Assembly (NCBI GenBank): GCA_002269645.1
Contig: NIVC01000869.1
Location: forward strand, 186,001-250,000
Direction: 5' to 3'
Length of the DNA: 64,000 bases
From: Macrostomum lignano
Lineage: Eukaryota
Shown: positions 33,800 through 48,100 of the stretch, piece by piece
Layout of the letters: each line of letters opens with the position of its first letter
Numbering within the stretch: the stretch's first letter is position 1
Made by a program: the position numbers and the translations under genes
The notes under the pieces: model-generated
Seen by the model: the letters and a program-made list of their open reading frames with translations, nothing else
What the model was told of the DNA's origin: nothing
Databases searched by the model: none

Positions 33800-34030
33800 G
33801 GGGTTTCTTGCGGTCTGGGGGATGCTTGCTATCTGGGGGATGCTTGCTATCTGGGGGATGCTTGCTATCTGGGGGATACTTGCTACCTGGGGGATGCTTG
33901 CTATCTGGGGTTGCTTGCTATTGGGGGGATGCTTGCTATCTAGGGTTGCTTGCTATCGAGGGTTGCTTGCTATCGGGGGTTGCTTGCTATCGGGGGGATG
34001 CTTGCAGTCTGGGGGATGCTTGCTATTTGG
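33800..34030. repeat. 18-bp minisatellite (GGGGGATGCTTGCTATCT)n; also at ~43350-43575, 44610-44710 and 48770-48870
   Basis: Direct inspection. It gives WGMLAI-periodic artefact ORFs and lies in the 3' part of the units carrying the 23-bp satellite. Confidence 0.93.
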
Positions 34031-35049
34031 GGATCGATGCTTGAATGCTGTCTGAGCATGCTTGCTGTCTTGGGATGTTTTGTTTTTAAGAGGGAATGTC
34101 TGTTGTTTTTTATGAAGGCTTTATTTAGCTGTCTATTTGTTATTTGTAAAGAACAAGGATTCTATCCAGATGTCCCCCATCGGGGGGCAAAGATTGCTAG
34201 TTCTTAACTACAGTTTATCTCATTCTCTGTCTCCGTAAACAAAATTTTCACAAATCAAAATACGTATAGCAAATATATAAGCAGCTCCAGTTCCAGTGCG
34301 TTCCACTGTTCCAGTGTTCCAGTTCCCAATAAAATCCTTATTCAGTTCAGATTCGGGCTAGAGAACTTGAAAAGTGAGATTAGCTGCCTAACGACCCGCG
34401 GGCAAGTTTTCCAGACCTGTTGATTTATACTCGTAAGCGCGCTCCAGACCTGCTGAAAAGCAGCTTTCCGACATGCCTCCTTCAGCCCTTTGCTGATAAA
34501 CTGCCTCCAGACCTTTTGATAAGCCGCACGTGAAAGACTGCTAAGCAAAGTGCGATAAGCCGCTAAAATACTCGCTGATGAGCTGCTTCCAGCCCTTTAT
34601 GATGAACTGCTTCTACAGTAGATTTTGTGATAAGCCGCGAATACTTATTTCTGATAAGACAGTCGAAACTTGATGAAAAGTCGCTGTTACACAATACATA
34701 CCAATTGAGCCACCTCAATTCCCGTTGATAAGCCACTAAGAGACCTCAAATATACTGATAGATCTGCCGATAAGCCGCCTTTAGACCAGGTAATAGAATA
34801 CTAGCCCTCTAATTGACTGACCAGTTAATAAGCCTCTTTACGTACGGGGAAGTTAGTAAGTAAATGAGAAACCACTTGATGCGTTGCTTTGGAAGGCAGC
34901 CAATAAGCCGCCAGTGGACAACAAGTTGGTAGCCCGAAATCTTGACTGCATTTTTATGCGGCCGCGTCGCTTTGGAAACAGATTATGCATTATTCCTGAG
35001 AATTTCTGTAGTCAATCTGTTTTCGTTTTAATCAAAACTAACATTTACG

Positions 35050-35370
35050 AACGAAGGAACGAAGGAGAAGGAACGAAGGAGAGAGAAGAAAAGAGGAGAG
35101 AGGAGATGAGAGGGAAGATATGAGATAGCAGAGGGAGACAGGAGAGATGAGAGGAGAGAGAAGAGAGGAGCTGAGAGTAGAGGAGAAAGAAATAGTGAGA
35201 TGAGGCATGAGGGATGAGAGATGAGAGAGGAGAGAAGAGAGGAGAGAGGAGAAAACAGGGGATAAAGGAGACAGGAGAGAAAGACGAAAGACGAGGGAGA
35301 AGAGATAAATAAGGTGGTAGAGATGAGAGACGTGAGAGGAGAGAAAAGAGAAGAGAGGAGACAGAAGAAT
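35050..35370. repeat. Purine-rich (GA/GAG) low-complexity tract
   Basis: Direct inspection. Confidence 0.9.
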
Positions 35371-38300
35371 CTGAGTCTGGACAATGGCAGTCAGTTTTTG
35401 CGAACAGGGAAAACAAGATATGGTTTTATGGCTTTACAGAGGATTTGGAGATGATTTGGAAGATGGGATTCAAGTCATGGAATTTGAGCTGATGGATTTC
35501 AGGGAATGGAATTCCGGTGATGGGAGTTCTTCCCCTTTCTCCTCCAGAGGAGGAGTTGGCCTCGTCTTAATACTAAAAGTGGTGCGTTGTTTGTTTCTTA
35601 ATACTAAAAGTGCTGCGATGTTTGTTTGTTTGTCTGTATGTATGTGTGTTGCAATTTTTCTCCTAAACTACTGGCAAGTCAGCGTTGAAACTTATATGGG
35701 AAAACTGCAAATTTTCCGGACTGGGTTTATAGCTATTTTAATCTTTTATTTTCTCATTTTGAGATCCCTAAAAAAGCAGAAAACTGATTTCCTAACCTTC
35801 TTTGGCCCTTCTGTGGCCACTCTGCCTCTCCAGTGGATTCGTTGCAGTCTGTTTGTAAAAATAGCCACCCCAACCTCCGCCCGCGGGTCGCTGTGTTTTG
35901 GGGGGGTGGGTGCGCGTGTTCCGCGTTCAATGCAAATACCCCCCCCGCGTGTTGGGGGGTTCAATTAAATTTAATGATTCCCCCGGAACGGGGGGTAGGG
36001 CTTGGGCTGAGTGTACATAGCAGTTGTATAGTGTAAACAGATAGACTGTGTCGAGATTCAATTGGTTTTATTATTGGCGCCTTTTTTTCTCCATAGGCAG
36101 CCCTGTGTATTAGCTTGGCAGTGAAATTCTTGCGAGCTTATCTAGCAAGGAGTCGGGAAATCAGTAAATTTCAAATGCTAACTGTACCTCGAGTTTTAAA
36201 CTTTGAGAGGAGAGACTTATATTGCTGGAAAGATCTTTTAATGCTGAGTTCAGGGATGTAAGTTGTTTGCTTTAAATATAGAAACAGAAAGCTTAGAATT
36301 AAGAAAATGGTTTCCATACTTTTAAGGTCCTGCAAAGATTGTACTTAGTTTTGCGAGACATAATAGACAAAGTTAGGGGGAGGGTTCAAATTCTTACTAT
36401 CGCTGTGTATTGGAGGGTTGATTTAGATTGCGCTATCTTTTTGTTAACTTCAACTTCAACTGATACTGACTGACTGTGAAATCGGTTGCACAATCAATTG
36501 ATGCAATTTATTCAATATTTTTATCGGTGCCTTTTAACTTGCAGCTAAAAAACCCTAACCCTAACCCTAACCAATGAATCCGGAGAGTTGAGTTGTTGGA
36601 CGGAGAAAATTCGATTGAGTCCAGTTTAAACGGAGACGATTCCGATGTTTTCATTTTTACGGAGAGAATTTCTGTTTCGTGGAGAGGATTTCGATGATGT
36701 TCAGCTTCACGGAGAGGATTTCAGTTTCACGGAGAAAATTTCGATTGAGTCCAGTTTCGCGGAGAGGATCTTGATGGATTTGGAGAAAAGTTGGATGATG
36801 GGATTCGGGTCTTGGGATTCAGCTGATGGAGTTTAGGGAATGGAATTCCGGTGATGGGAGTTCTCCCCTTTCTCCTCCATCGGAGGAGTTGGCCTTCTTC
36901 TTCTATCTTCTATCTTCTAAATATACTAAATCTCTAAGGTTTGTTTGTATGTTTGTCCATAATGCTCTAGAGATTGCAATTCTTCACCGATTTTCATCGC
37001 GTTTTCGCCAAAAGATTCGTAATCAGCCTCGGATTGTATGGTTAAAATTTCTTGTATCTGCTTCAATGCTAAAGGGATTAAATATTCGAAAAACTGTTTT
37101 AAATGGCCTTTTTCAATGCAAATTTTATCAGCCAGAAACTTTACTGCCAATTTTAATTGATTGCGCCAGAGCCAAATGATAAGAAAACTCATGGGCCCCA
37201 CTGCCCAGATAATTACTCTATTTAAATTGCGCAACCATACCAGGGGTCAAAAATAAAATTATTATGGAGGCTAGCAGCGAGCTCTTTAAGCGTCAAAGAT
37301 CTATTTTCGTAACGCTTTACAGACTGCAATTCTTGACCAATTTTGATCGCGTTTTCGCCAAAAGTTTTGTAATAATCTGGAAAGAGGACAGCTAAAATTT
37401 CTTTAATCTGCTTCAATGCTAAAGGTATTAAATATTCGAAAAACAAGTTTATCTAAATGCTTTTAATGGAAGGCCAAGCAGCGTTGAATTCTTGACTGGC
37501 TGAATTCCAATTCTAAATGATTGCGCCACAACTGCGTACTGCATATTCTCGCTATAAACTGACTCTGAGCTTTTCAGCAGGAGGCAGTGTGCCAAGCATT
37601 GCGCAGGCACTCTGGAGGAAGAGAGAAATCAGCCAGTGCATTTTAAAAGTATTGAAATTGAGAGATTTACTTAACTGTGCAATGGCTCTGCCAGCACCAA
37701 AACTGTGCACACTGAGCAGCCTATCACTGCTATGTATTTGACTGCAGTGCCGAAGCATATATGTCTGATTTTTGCGCCCTTCCATCAGTAGGCGGAATAG
37801 CCGCAGTGTAGGCACTAGGACTAGGTTTAGGCTAGGCGTAAGGTACAAGGTTCGAGTCCGCCTCCCCGGTGGATAATTAAAAAAAGTAAATTCATTCATT
37901 TGTAGCTTGTGACTCGACTAAATGTAACATATTTTTTATTTATTTTTAATTGCAACATTTTTTATTAATTAGCAAATAATTTTTGCTACTTGGCACAAGC
38001 CACTTATCAAATTTGATTTTAAAAAACTGCTTCGTGTATTACTGATCCCATCAACGAGTACTGCCTCGCACCATGAAAGTATGAAATTGCTATTAAACTG
38101 CAGACCATGCTGTTAAAATTGCTTAAAGGTATTGCTAAAATTTGAGCTTTTTAAGAATGCCGATATGTACTGAAAATTGTTTAGTGAGCCGTAAAATGCT
38201 GAGCACATTTTTAGATTATTGGAAGATTGGAAGATTATTGGAAAGGAGAACAGAAGATGCTGAGGGGAACTGCAGATTGTCAAAGGGATCATTCATGCAG

Positions 38301-39016
38301 ACTGCAAAGGGAAAAATGGAACAAACTGCTGAGGTAGTTCCTCCACACTTATGAGTGCATAGCAGCAAACTGTTGAGGGGATAACTATCTACAGAGTTTA
38401 AAGTGGATAATAGCTGTGAAGAATCAGGTGCAAGTTGTTGAGTGGATAACTGCGGACTGCTGAGTGAATTATTGTAGTTTGCTGATGTTAATGAAAGTTT
38501 TAGACGGCACAGTGGATATCTGCAGGCTGCTAAGAGTATGACTGCAGTCTGTTTGTGGGATTAGAAGTGATAGCTAATTTCAGGATGTTGTGGAGATAAC
38601 TGCCGATTTCTGAGGGGGGGGGGGTTAACTTCAAACTGCTGAAGTTACTAAACTTCTTGAATAGTATAAGGCTTTTAGCAGAAGGTCGGCAGTTCGAGTC
38701 TGTAATGAAGCAGCGAATTTATCTTTGTGACAATAATCATTGTTTCATATGAGGATTCATGCAAATTTTTAGCATTTTCATTTTGTAGATACTTTTGCTG
38801 GGGCTACGCTAAGCTTTAGGAGCAGCGCTAATCGGGGAGAGCAGTGCTAATCTGATGTATAAAATAAAATATTAAATATGTAAGGGGATCACAAATCAAC
38901 TTTAACCTGCAAGTTGACAAAGCATTTCATATGGTTTCGATTATCCAGAAGCAATATGGCAATAAGCAAAGATTAGTGGCCATCTGCTCACTGATTGTGC
39001 AAAACAGTGCTGGTGA

Positions 39017-39180
39017 ATCATTGCTAAACTGCTGGTGAAGCATTGCTAAACTGCTGGTGAACCATTGCTGAAATGCTGGTGAAGCATTGCTAAACTGCTG
39101 GTGAAGCATTGCTAAACTGCTGGTGAAGCATTGCTAAACTGCTGGTGAACCATTGCTGAAATGCTGGTGAACCATTGCAA
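39017..39180. repeat. 22-bp tandem repeat (GCATTGCTAAACTGCTGGTGAA)n, ~7 copies
   Basis: Direct inspection. Confidence 0.9.
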
Positions 39181-42100
39181 AAACTGCAGAAAGCTATGGT
39201 GAAATATTGTAATTTTTTTAATAAAAAAAACTTTTAAAGAGAAAAAAAACGCAACGCAAGAAAAAGCGAACAAGAATCATCATATCAATCATAAATGAAG
39301 CGCCCTGTCGAACGTAAAAGTCTCATCGGGAATTGCTTAGACTGCTAAGACTGCTAAGACTATTGCTACGAGCATAATGCTGGTATGGGAAATTGCTGTG
39401 ATTTCAAGACTCACGGTAGAATTTATAAGATCTCAAGGCTCAGGGGGAATTGCTATAATTATGTCATTCTTGGGAGAATTGCTTTGATTTCAAGTTTCAT
39501 TTGTGAAATTGCAGAAATTAGTTGTTGAAATGCAAGTGCCAAGATATCAAAAGGTTAGTCACTCAATTTTCAGGCTCATGGGGAAATTGCTAACATTTCC
39601 GAAGCTCATTGGGGAATTGCTGAAATTCTACTACAAGGGTTAGGCTTAGGGTTCAATTATAGAGCGATCGTCGTGACAATCATTAATGATCCATCAAGGA
39701 GTTGCTAAGATGCTCTTGGGGGGGATTATAGAGCGATTATAGAGCAATTATAGAGCGATCGTCGTGACAATCATTAATGATCCATCAAGGAGTTGCTAAA
39801 ATGCTCTTGGGGGGGGGGAAACTTAAATGCTTTGGCTCTACTACGGGGAATTGCTGACAGGTCAAGGCTTTCGGTGAACTTCAGATTACAAAGCTTATTT
39901 ATGAGGAAGTTACTTTAATGCTGAGGCTCAAGGCTTATGGTGGAAAGACTTTTTTAGATATAATCAAAGTTCATTGTGGAATTGCTCTGTTGACAAAGCT
40001 CATAAAAAAATTGCTGAGTTATCAAGGCTTATAAGGGTATTGCTGAATTCTCGGGAAAAGGGAGTTGGGTTGCTCGTATGTCAAGGCTTACTGCGCTGGG
40101 AGAATTGCGTGATGTCAAGGCTCGAGTTTAATTGCTGTGATGTCGAGGCTTAATGGGATTACTGCTGAGATGTCAAGGCTTACTGGGGCAATTGCTGAGA
40201 TGTCAAGTCTTACTGGGAATTGCTAAGATTTCAAGGCTTACTGGGGCAATTGCTGAGATCTCAAGGCTTACTGGGGGAATTGCTGATATGCCAAGGCTTA
40301 CTGGGGGAATTGCTGAGATGTCAAGGCTTACAGGGGAATTGCTGATATGTCAAGGCTCATGGACGATGGCTGAATTTTTTTGGGGGGGGGTTACTAGGTT
40401 ATTGGGCGATTGTCAGATAGTCAGGTAGTACGGCTCAAGTAGCTCATGTAATTCAGATAATGAAAAAGTACACAGAAGTGATGCTGATTTCTGCCAATAG
40501 GGATAATTACTAGGGAAATGCTGAGATGTCAAGACTAACTGTGGGAATTACTGAGATCTCAAGGCTTACTGAGGGAATTACTGAGATCTGAAAGCTTACT
40601 GGGGTAATTGCTGATATATCAATGCTTACTGAAAATTGCTAAGATGTCAAGGCTTATTGGGGGAATTGCTGGGATATTAAGGCTTACTGGGGGAATGCTG
40701 AGATGTCAAGGCTTACTGGGGGAATTGCTGAGATGTCAAAGCTTACTGGGGGAATCGCTGAGATCTTAGAGCTTACGGGGGGATTGCTGAGATGTCAAGG
40801 CTCATAGACAATGGCTGAATTGTTGGAGCGGGGTGTTAGATTGTTAGGCGATTGTCAGATAGTCAGGTAGTACAGCTCAAGTAGCTCATGTAATTCAAAA
40901 AATGAAATAGTACACAAAAGTAATGCTGATTTCTGCTGATAGGAAATACCAGCGCATTCATTAAAGGTTTGATTCTTTGATTTAGGCTAATAAAGAGAGA
41001 GGGTCTAAGGACGTCAGGGATTTGCATATTGAGCTCCTGCTGCGGATCAGAATATGCCCCGGCCAGTGACGATATCCATCAAGAGTTTGTGCTTGAAAGG
41101 ATAAGCACTATTTGCTGATTTAGAAAGGGTTTTGGGCTGATGAAGGAAACTTTTTTGGCTAATGAAAGTTCGGATTAATGGCAATTTATTTCTGCCAAAA
41201 TGAGAAAAGGTAATTTTTGATTAATGGAAATCAATATTCTGGACGATTATAGTAAGGTTACTCTTATGCCAAAATAAAAACCAATTGGTGTCATTTTCAA
41301 GGCTCCCCAGCGGGGGGCTAAATGGCTAGTCTAATCTTCTATCTAAATATACTAAATCTCTAAGGTTTGTATGTCCATAACGCTCTAGAGATTGCAATTC
41401 TTCACCGATTTTGATCGCGTTTTCACCAAAATATTCAAAATTGTCTGGAAAGAAGACGGTTAAAATTTCTTGTATCTGCTTCAATGCTAAAGGGATTAAA
41501 TATTCGAAAAAACTCTTTTAAAGGCCTTTTTCAATGCAAATTTATCAGCCAGAAACTTCACTGCCAATTTTAATTGATTGCGCCAGAGCCAACTGATAAG
41601 AAAACTCACTCCGCTCCACTTAAAGGGGGGCAATAAAAAATTATTCTGGCTGCTGGCAGCCAGCTCTAATTAGCTTCCTATATACTAAAAATCCTATATA
41701 CTAAAAATGAGTTGTCTGTGGGTATGCGATAGATTTCAGAAAAATTGGTAGGTAGGTATGCGATAGATTTCAGAAAAAATGGCTCAACCGATTTTCTTCA
41801 AACTTGCACCATTCGATCAGAAATTTTCCTGGGACGGTACATGCATCTTGGCTAAGAAATTGCTCAATGTTAAAGGGATTAAATATTCGAAAAACATGCT
41901 TTTTTGCAAAGGTCAAGCAGCTCTTTCGACCTGAAATGCATTGTAAAAATGCTACAGAAAAAACTGACTGACTGAATTTCAATTCGGATAAAGATTGCAT
42001 CACAACAAGATGAAAACAGTGTCGAAAAAATGCACACAAGACTTGATTGTAATTGCGTAACCATATTGCTAACTTGAATTGAGACTGATACTGGCTGACT

Positions 42101-45100
42101 GAGAAATTGATTATGTCATAACTTTTTAATTTAACCGACTTGCTATAAAGAATTGAATTATAAGGGCCACAATTCATGTTCTCCAATTGAAAAGAGATAG
42201 CCAAGATGCGAACAGACTGGACTCCTTATGTAGCGACCTGGGTTCGAATCTTAGTAGTGCAAAATATTTTTTTTAATAAAACACTTAAAAAAACACAAAA
42301 TGCTAAACATAAAAAAGCGCAATGTCAAACATAGAAAGGCCATTTAGTGTTGAACATTAAAGAGCCACAATGTCGAACATTAAAGAGCCAACATGTTAAA
42401 CATTAAAGAGCCACCATGTCAAAAATAAAAGAGCCACCATGTCGAACATAAAAGAGCCAACATGCCAAACAAAAAAGAGCCACCATGTCGAACATCAAAG
42501 AGCCACCATACAAAATATAAAAGAGCCACCATGTTAAACATAAAAGGGCCACCATATCGAACATTAAAGAGCCACTATGCCAAAAATTAAAGAGCCACTA
42601 TTTCAAACATAAAAGAGCTCCCATGTCAAACAATAAAGAGCCACCATGTAGAACATTAAAGAGCGACCATGTCAAACGTAAAAAAGCCACTATGTCAAAC
42701 ATAAAAACGCCACCATGTAAAACATATACGTGACTCCATGTCAAACATAAAAGAGCCACCATGCCAAACATAAAAAGAGCCACCATGTCGAACATTAAAG
42801 AACCACCATGTCAAACATTAAAGAGCCACCATGTCGAACATTAAAGAGCCACAAAGTCAAACATAAAAAAGAGCCATCATGTCAGACATAAAAGAGCCAT
42901 CATGTTAGACATAAAAGAGCCACCATGTCGAACATCAAAGAGCCACCATGTGAAACATATAAGTGACTCCATGTCAAACATTAAAGAGCCATCTTGTCGA
43001 ACACAAAAAAGCCACCATGTCAAACATTTATGAGCCACCATTTCAAAAATAAAAGAGACACCGTTTCAAACATAAAAAGAAGTGTCATGCCAAACAAAAT
43101 GGAGCCACTACAAAGCTAAGGATATTGTTGCACTAGCTACTTGTTCTCTGGTGGATGCTTGCTATTTAAGGATGGATACTTGCTATCAAGGGGATGCTTG
43201 CTATCGGAAGGATGCTTGCTACTGGGGTAACTTGCTATTGGGAGATGCTTGCTCTTGGGGGGGGGGGGTGGAGGGTACTTGCTTTCTGAGAGGGGGTTGC
43301 TAGGTATCTATAAGGTCTCTTTGTATCCAGGTTATGCTTGCTATCTGGGGTTTCTTGCGGTCTGGGAGATGCTTGCTATCAAGGGGATGCTTGCTATCTG
43401 GGGGATGCTTGCTATCTGGGGGATGCTTGCTATCTGGGGGATGGTTGCTATCTGGGGTTGCTTGCTATTGGGGGGATGCTTGCTATCTAGGGTTGCTTGC
43501 TATCGAGGGTTGCTTGCTATCGGGGGTTGCTTGCTATCGGGGGGATGCTTGCAGTCTGGGGGATGCTTGCTATTTGGGGATCGATGCTTGAATGCTGTCT
43601 GAGGATGCTTGCTGTCTTGGGATGTTTTTTTTAAGAGGGAATATCTGTTGTTTTTTATGAAGGCTTTATTTAGCTGTCTATTTGTTATTTGTAAAGAACA
43701 AGGATTCTATCCAGATGTCCAGTATGTATTCAATAAAGTCAAATTGAGCTGTTGAATGGATAATATTCCCATAAAAATACACCAAATAATATTCTTTTGC
43801 TGCTGCACATTTTTGAAATTATAAAACCAATAAAAGATAACAATCAACAGTGAGAAATAATCGAGGCCCTTTTAAGTCCTTCATTACTGATATCAGTTTT
43901 CGTACGATTTGCAGTCACCACTGAATTTAGCTACTAGGCTTATCCATTATTAACTTGACTTAAAATGGAGATTTGATATGTAAAGTGAAAGACACTTTGA
44001 AGATTTTTATGTATATGTATTAAATCAAGATTCAATAAGCAACATCTATTTGTTCTTGCCATTGTAACTTTTCATAAAATCTGTTTTAAGGACCACTGCA
44101 GTGGTCCTTAAAACAGATAAAACAGGCGTAATATAAAACAGGCGTAATATTGTTCGTTTTAGTACGCGTCATGCAGTTTATTCTGTATGTATGGTCATAG
44201 TAGGGCATTATTATAAAAACAACAATTTTCGGCTCAACTTAATTTCAGTGCGAGTTTTCATCAAACAATGTGTATGTAAAAAATGACTAATCTCTAGGTT
44301 ACTGTTTAAAAATGCCTTAACTTATGGTTTTTATTTCTTCAAAGATAAACCTTACTTTCTGTGTGGCAAGTCTATTTATCTTTGTTAAATACTAATACTG
44401 CATTCTTATGGATGTTACATTGCTTTGTACAAATGTGCATGAAATGTGTAATTTTTATGCTATATAATTCTAATAAAAATCACAAAGAGATAATAGCAAC
44501 CAAGAATCGCAGAGATAATAGCAATACTTTGTGAGTACAAACATATTTAATATGTAACAATAGGAAAATTTAGGAAAACCGTTTCAATTTGTCCCTTGCT
44601 TATTCGGCTTATTCTTGCTATCTGGGGGATGCTTGCTATCTGGGGGATGCTTGCTATTCGGGGGATGCTTGCAATCTGGGGGATGCTTGCTATGTGGGGG
44701 ATGCTTACTGTCTTGCGATGATTTCTTTTTGCATTGCACTTCATTTGAGTATTTTGTCTGTTTTCTTTGTGAAGGCTTTATTTCGCTATCTTTTTGTTAC
44801 TTGTAGAGAACAGAGATTCTATACAGATGTCCCCCAACGGGGGGCGAAGATTGCTAGTCCTATATACTAAAAATGAGTTGTCTGTATATGGGTATGCGAT
44901 AGATTTCAGAAAAATTGGCTCAACCGATTTTCTTCAAACTTGCACCATTCGATCAGAAATTTTCCTGGGACGGTACATGCATCCTGGCTAAGAAATTGCT
45001 CAATGTTATAAGGATTAAATATTCGAAAAACATGCTTTTTTGCAAAGGTCAAGCAAAATTTGAGACTTGAAATGCATTGTAAGAATGCTAGATAAAAAAC

Positions 45101-48100
45101 TGACTGACGGAATTCCGATTGTGATAAAGATTGCATCACAACAAGTTGAAAACAGTGCCGAAGAAATGCACACACGACTTGATTTAAATTGCGTAACCAT
45201 ATTGCTAACTTGAAGTGAGACTGATACTGGCTAACTGAGAAATTGATTATGTCATAAATTTTTACTCCAATTGACTTGCTGTAAGAATTGAATTATAAGG
45301 GCCACAATTCATGTTCTCCAATTGAAAAGAGATAGCCTAGATGCGAACAGACTGGACTGCTAATGTAGCGACCTAAGTTCGAATCTTAGTAGTGCAAAAT
45401 AATTTTTTTATCAAAACACCCTAAAACACAAAAAGCTAAACATAAAGGAAGCGCAATGTCAAACATTAAAGAGCCAACCATCTAAAACATTAAAGAGCCA
45501 CCATGTCAAACATACTGGTATACATGACTCAATGTCAAACATATGCGTGACTCCATGTCAGACTTTAAAGAGCCACCATGTCGAACATTAAAGAGCCACC
45601 ATTCGAACATTAAAGAGCCACCATGTCAAACATATACGTGACTCCATGTCAAACATATACGTGTCTCCATGTCAGACATTAAAGAGCCACCATGTCGAAC
45701 ATTAAAGAGCCTCCATGTCAAAGAGCCTCCATGTCAAAGAGCCTCCATGTCAGAGAGCCTCCATGTCAAAGAGCCTCCATGTCAAACAGATACATGACTC
45801 CATGTCAAACATATACATGACTCCATGTCAAACATTAAAGAGCCACCATGTCAAGCAATAAAGAGCCACCATGTCAAACATAAAAGATCCAGCATGTCAA
45901 ACATATACGTGAATCCATGTAAAACATATACGTATCTCCATGTCAAACATTAAAGAGCCACCATGTCAAGCATAATAGAGCCACCATGTCAAACATTAAA
46001 TAACCACCATGCCAAACATAAAAGAGCCACCATGTCAAACATTAAAGAGCCACCATGTCGAACATTAAATAAACACGATGTTGAACAGTAAAGAGCCACG
46101 ATGTTGAACATTAAAGAGACACCATGTCAAACATATACGTGACTCAAACATGAAAAACCTGATGACAAACGTGGCGAACATTAAAGAGCCACCATGTCGA
46201 ACATAAAAGAGCCACCATGTCAAATGTTAAAGAGCCACCATGTCAAACATTTAAGAGCCACCATGCCAAACATAAAAGAGCCACCATGTCGAACATTAAA
46301 GAACCACCATGTCAAACATCAAAGAGCCACAATGTCAAACATATACATGACTCCATGTCGAACAATAAAGGGCCACCATGTCAAACATTAAAGAGCCACC
46401 ATGTCAAACATATACGTGACTCAAACATGAAAAACCTGATGACAAACGTGGCGAACATAAAAGAGCCACCATGTAAAACATATAGGTGACTCCATGTCAA
46501 ATTTTAAAGAGCCACCATGTCAAACATTTAAGAGCCACCATGTCAAACATTCAAGAGCCACCATGTCGAACATAAAAGAGCCACCATGTCAAACATTCAA
46601 GAGCCACCATGTCAAACATTCAAGAGACACCATGTCGAACAATAAAGAGCCACCATGCCAAACGTAAAAGAGCCACCATGTCGAACATTAAAGAACCACC
46701 ATGCCAAACATAAAATAGCCACCATGTCAAACATTTAAGAGCCACCGAGTCAAACATAAAAGAGCTACCATGTCAAACATAAAAGAGGCATCATGTCAAA
46801 CAGTAAAGAGCCACCAAGTCAAACATAAAAGTGCTACTATGTCAAACATAAAAGAGACACCATGTCGAACAATAAAGAGCCACCATGCCAAACATAAAAG
46901 AGCCACCATGTCGAACATTAAAGAGCCACCATGCCAAACATAAAATAGCCACCATGTCGAACATTAAAGAGCCACCGAGTCAAACATAAAAGAGCTACCA
47001 TGTCAAACAATAAAGACCTACCATGTCAAACATATAAGAGCTATCATGTCAAACATAAAAGAGCTATCATCTCAAACATGAAAGAGCCACCATGCCAAAC
47101 ATTAAAGAGCCACCATGTCGAACATTAAAGAGCCACCATGCCAAACATAAAAGAGCCACCATGTCGATCATAAAAGAGCCACCATGTCAAACATAAAAGA
47201 GCCACCATGTCGAACATTAAAGAGCCACCATGCCAAGCATAAAATAGCCACCATGTCGAACATTAAAGAGCCACCGAGTCAAACATAAAAGAGCTACCAT
47301 GTCAAACAATAAAGACCTACCATGTCAAACATATAAGAGCTATCATCTCAAACATGAAAGAGCCACCATGCCAAACATTAAAGAGCCACCATGTCGAACA
47401 TTAAAGAGCCACCATGCCAAACATAAAAGAGCCACCATGTCGATCATAAAAGAGCCACCATGTCAAACATTAAAGAGCCACCATGTAAAACATTAAAGAG
47501 CCACCTTGTCGAACAATAAAGAGCCACCATGCCAAACATAAAAGAGCCACCATGTCGAACAGTAAAGAGCCTACATGTCAAGCATAAAAGAGCCACCATG
47601 TAAAACATATACGTGACTGACTCCATGTCAAACATTAAAGCGCACCATGTCAAACATTAAAGAGCCACCATGTCAATCATAAAAGGGCCACCATGTCGAA
47701 CATTAAAGAGCCACCATGTCGAACTTTAAAGAGCCACTATGTCAAACATTAAAGAATCACAATGTAAAACATTAATGAGCCGGCATGTCGAAAATTAAAG
47801 AGCCACCATGTCAAACATCAAAGAGCCACCATGTCAAACATATACATGACTTCATGTCGAACATTAAAGGGCCAACCTGTCAAACATTAAAGAGCTACCA
47901 TGTCAAACATAAAAGAGCTATCATGTCAAACATTAAAGAGCCATCATGTCAAACATAAAAGAGCCACCATGCCAAACATTAAAAGGCCACCATGTCAAAC
48001 ATATACGTGACTCAAACATGAAAAACCTGACGACAAACTTGGCGAACATTAAAGAGCCACCATGTCGAACATATATGTGACTCCATGTCAAACAGTAAAG

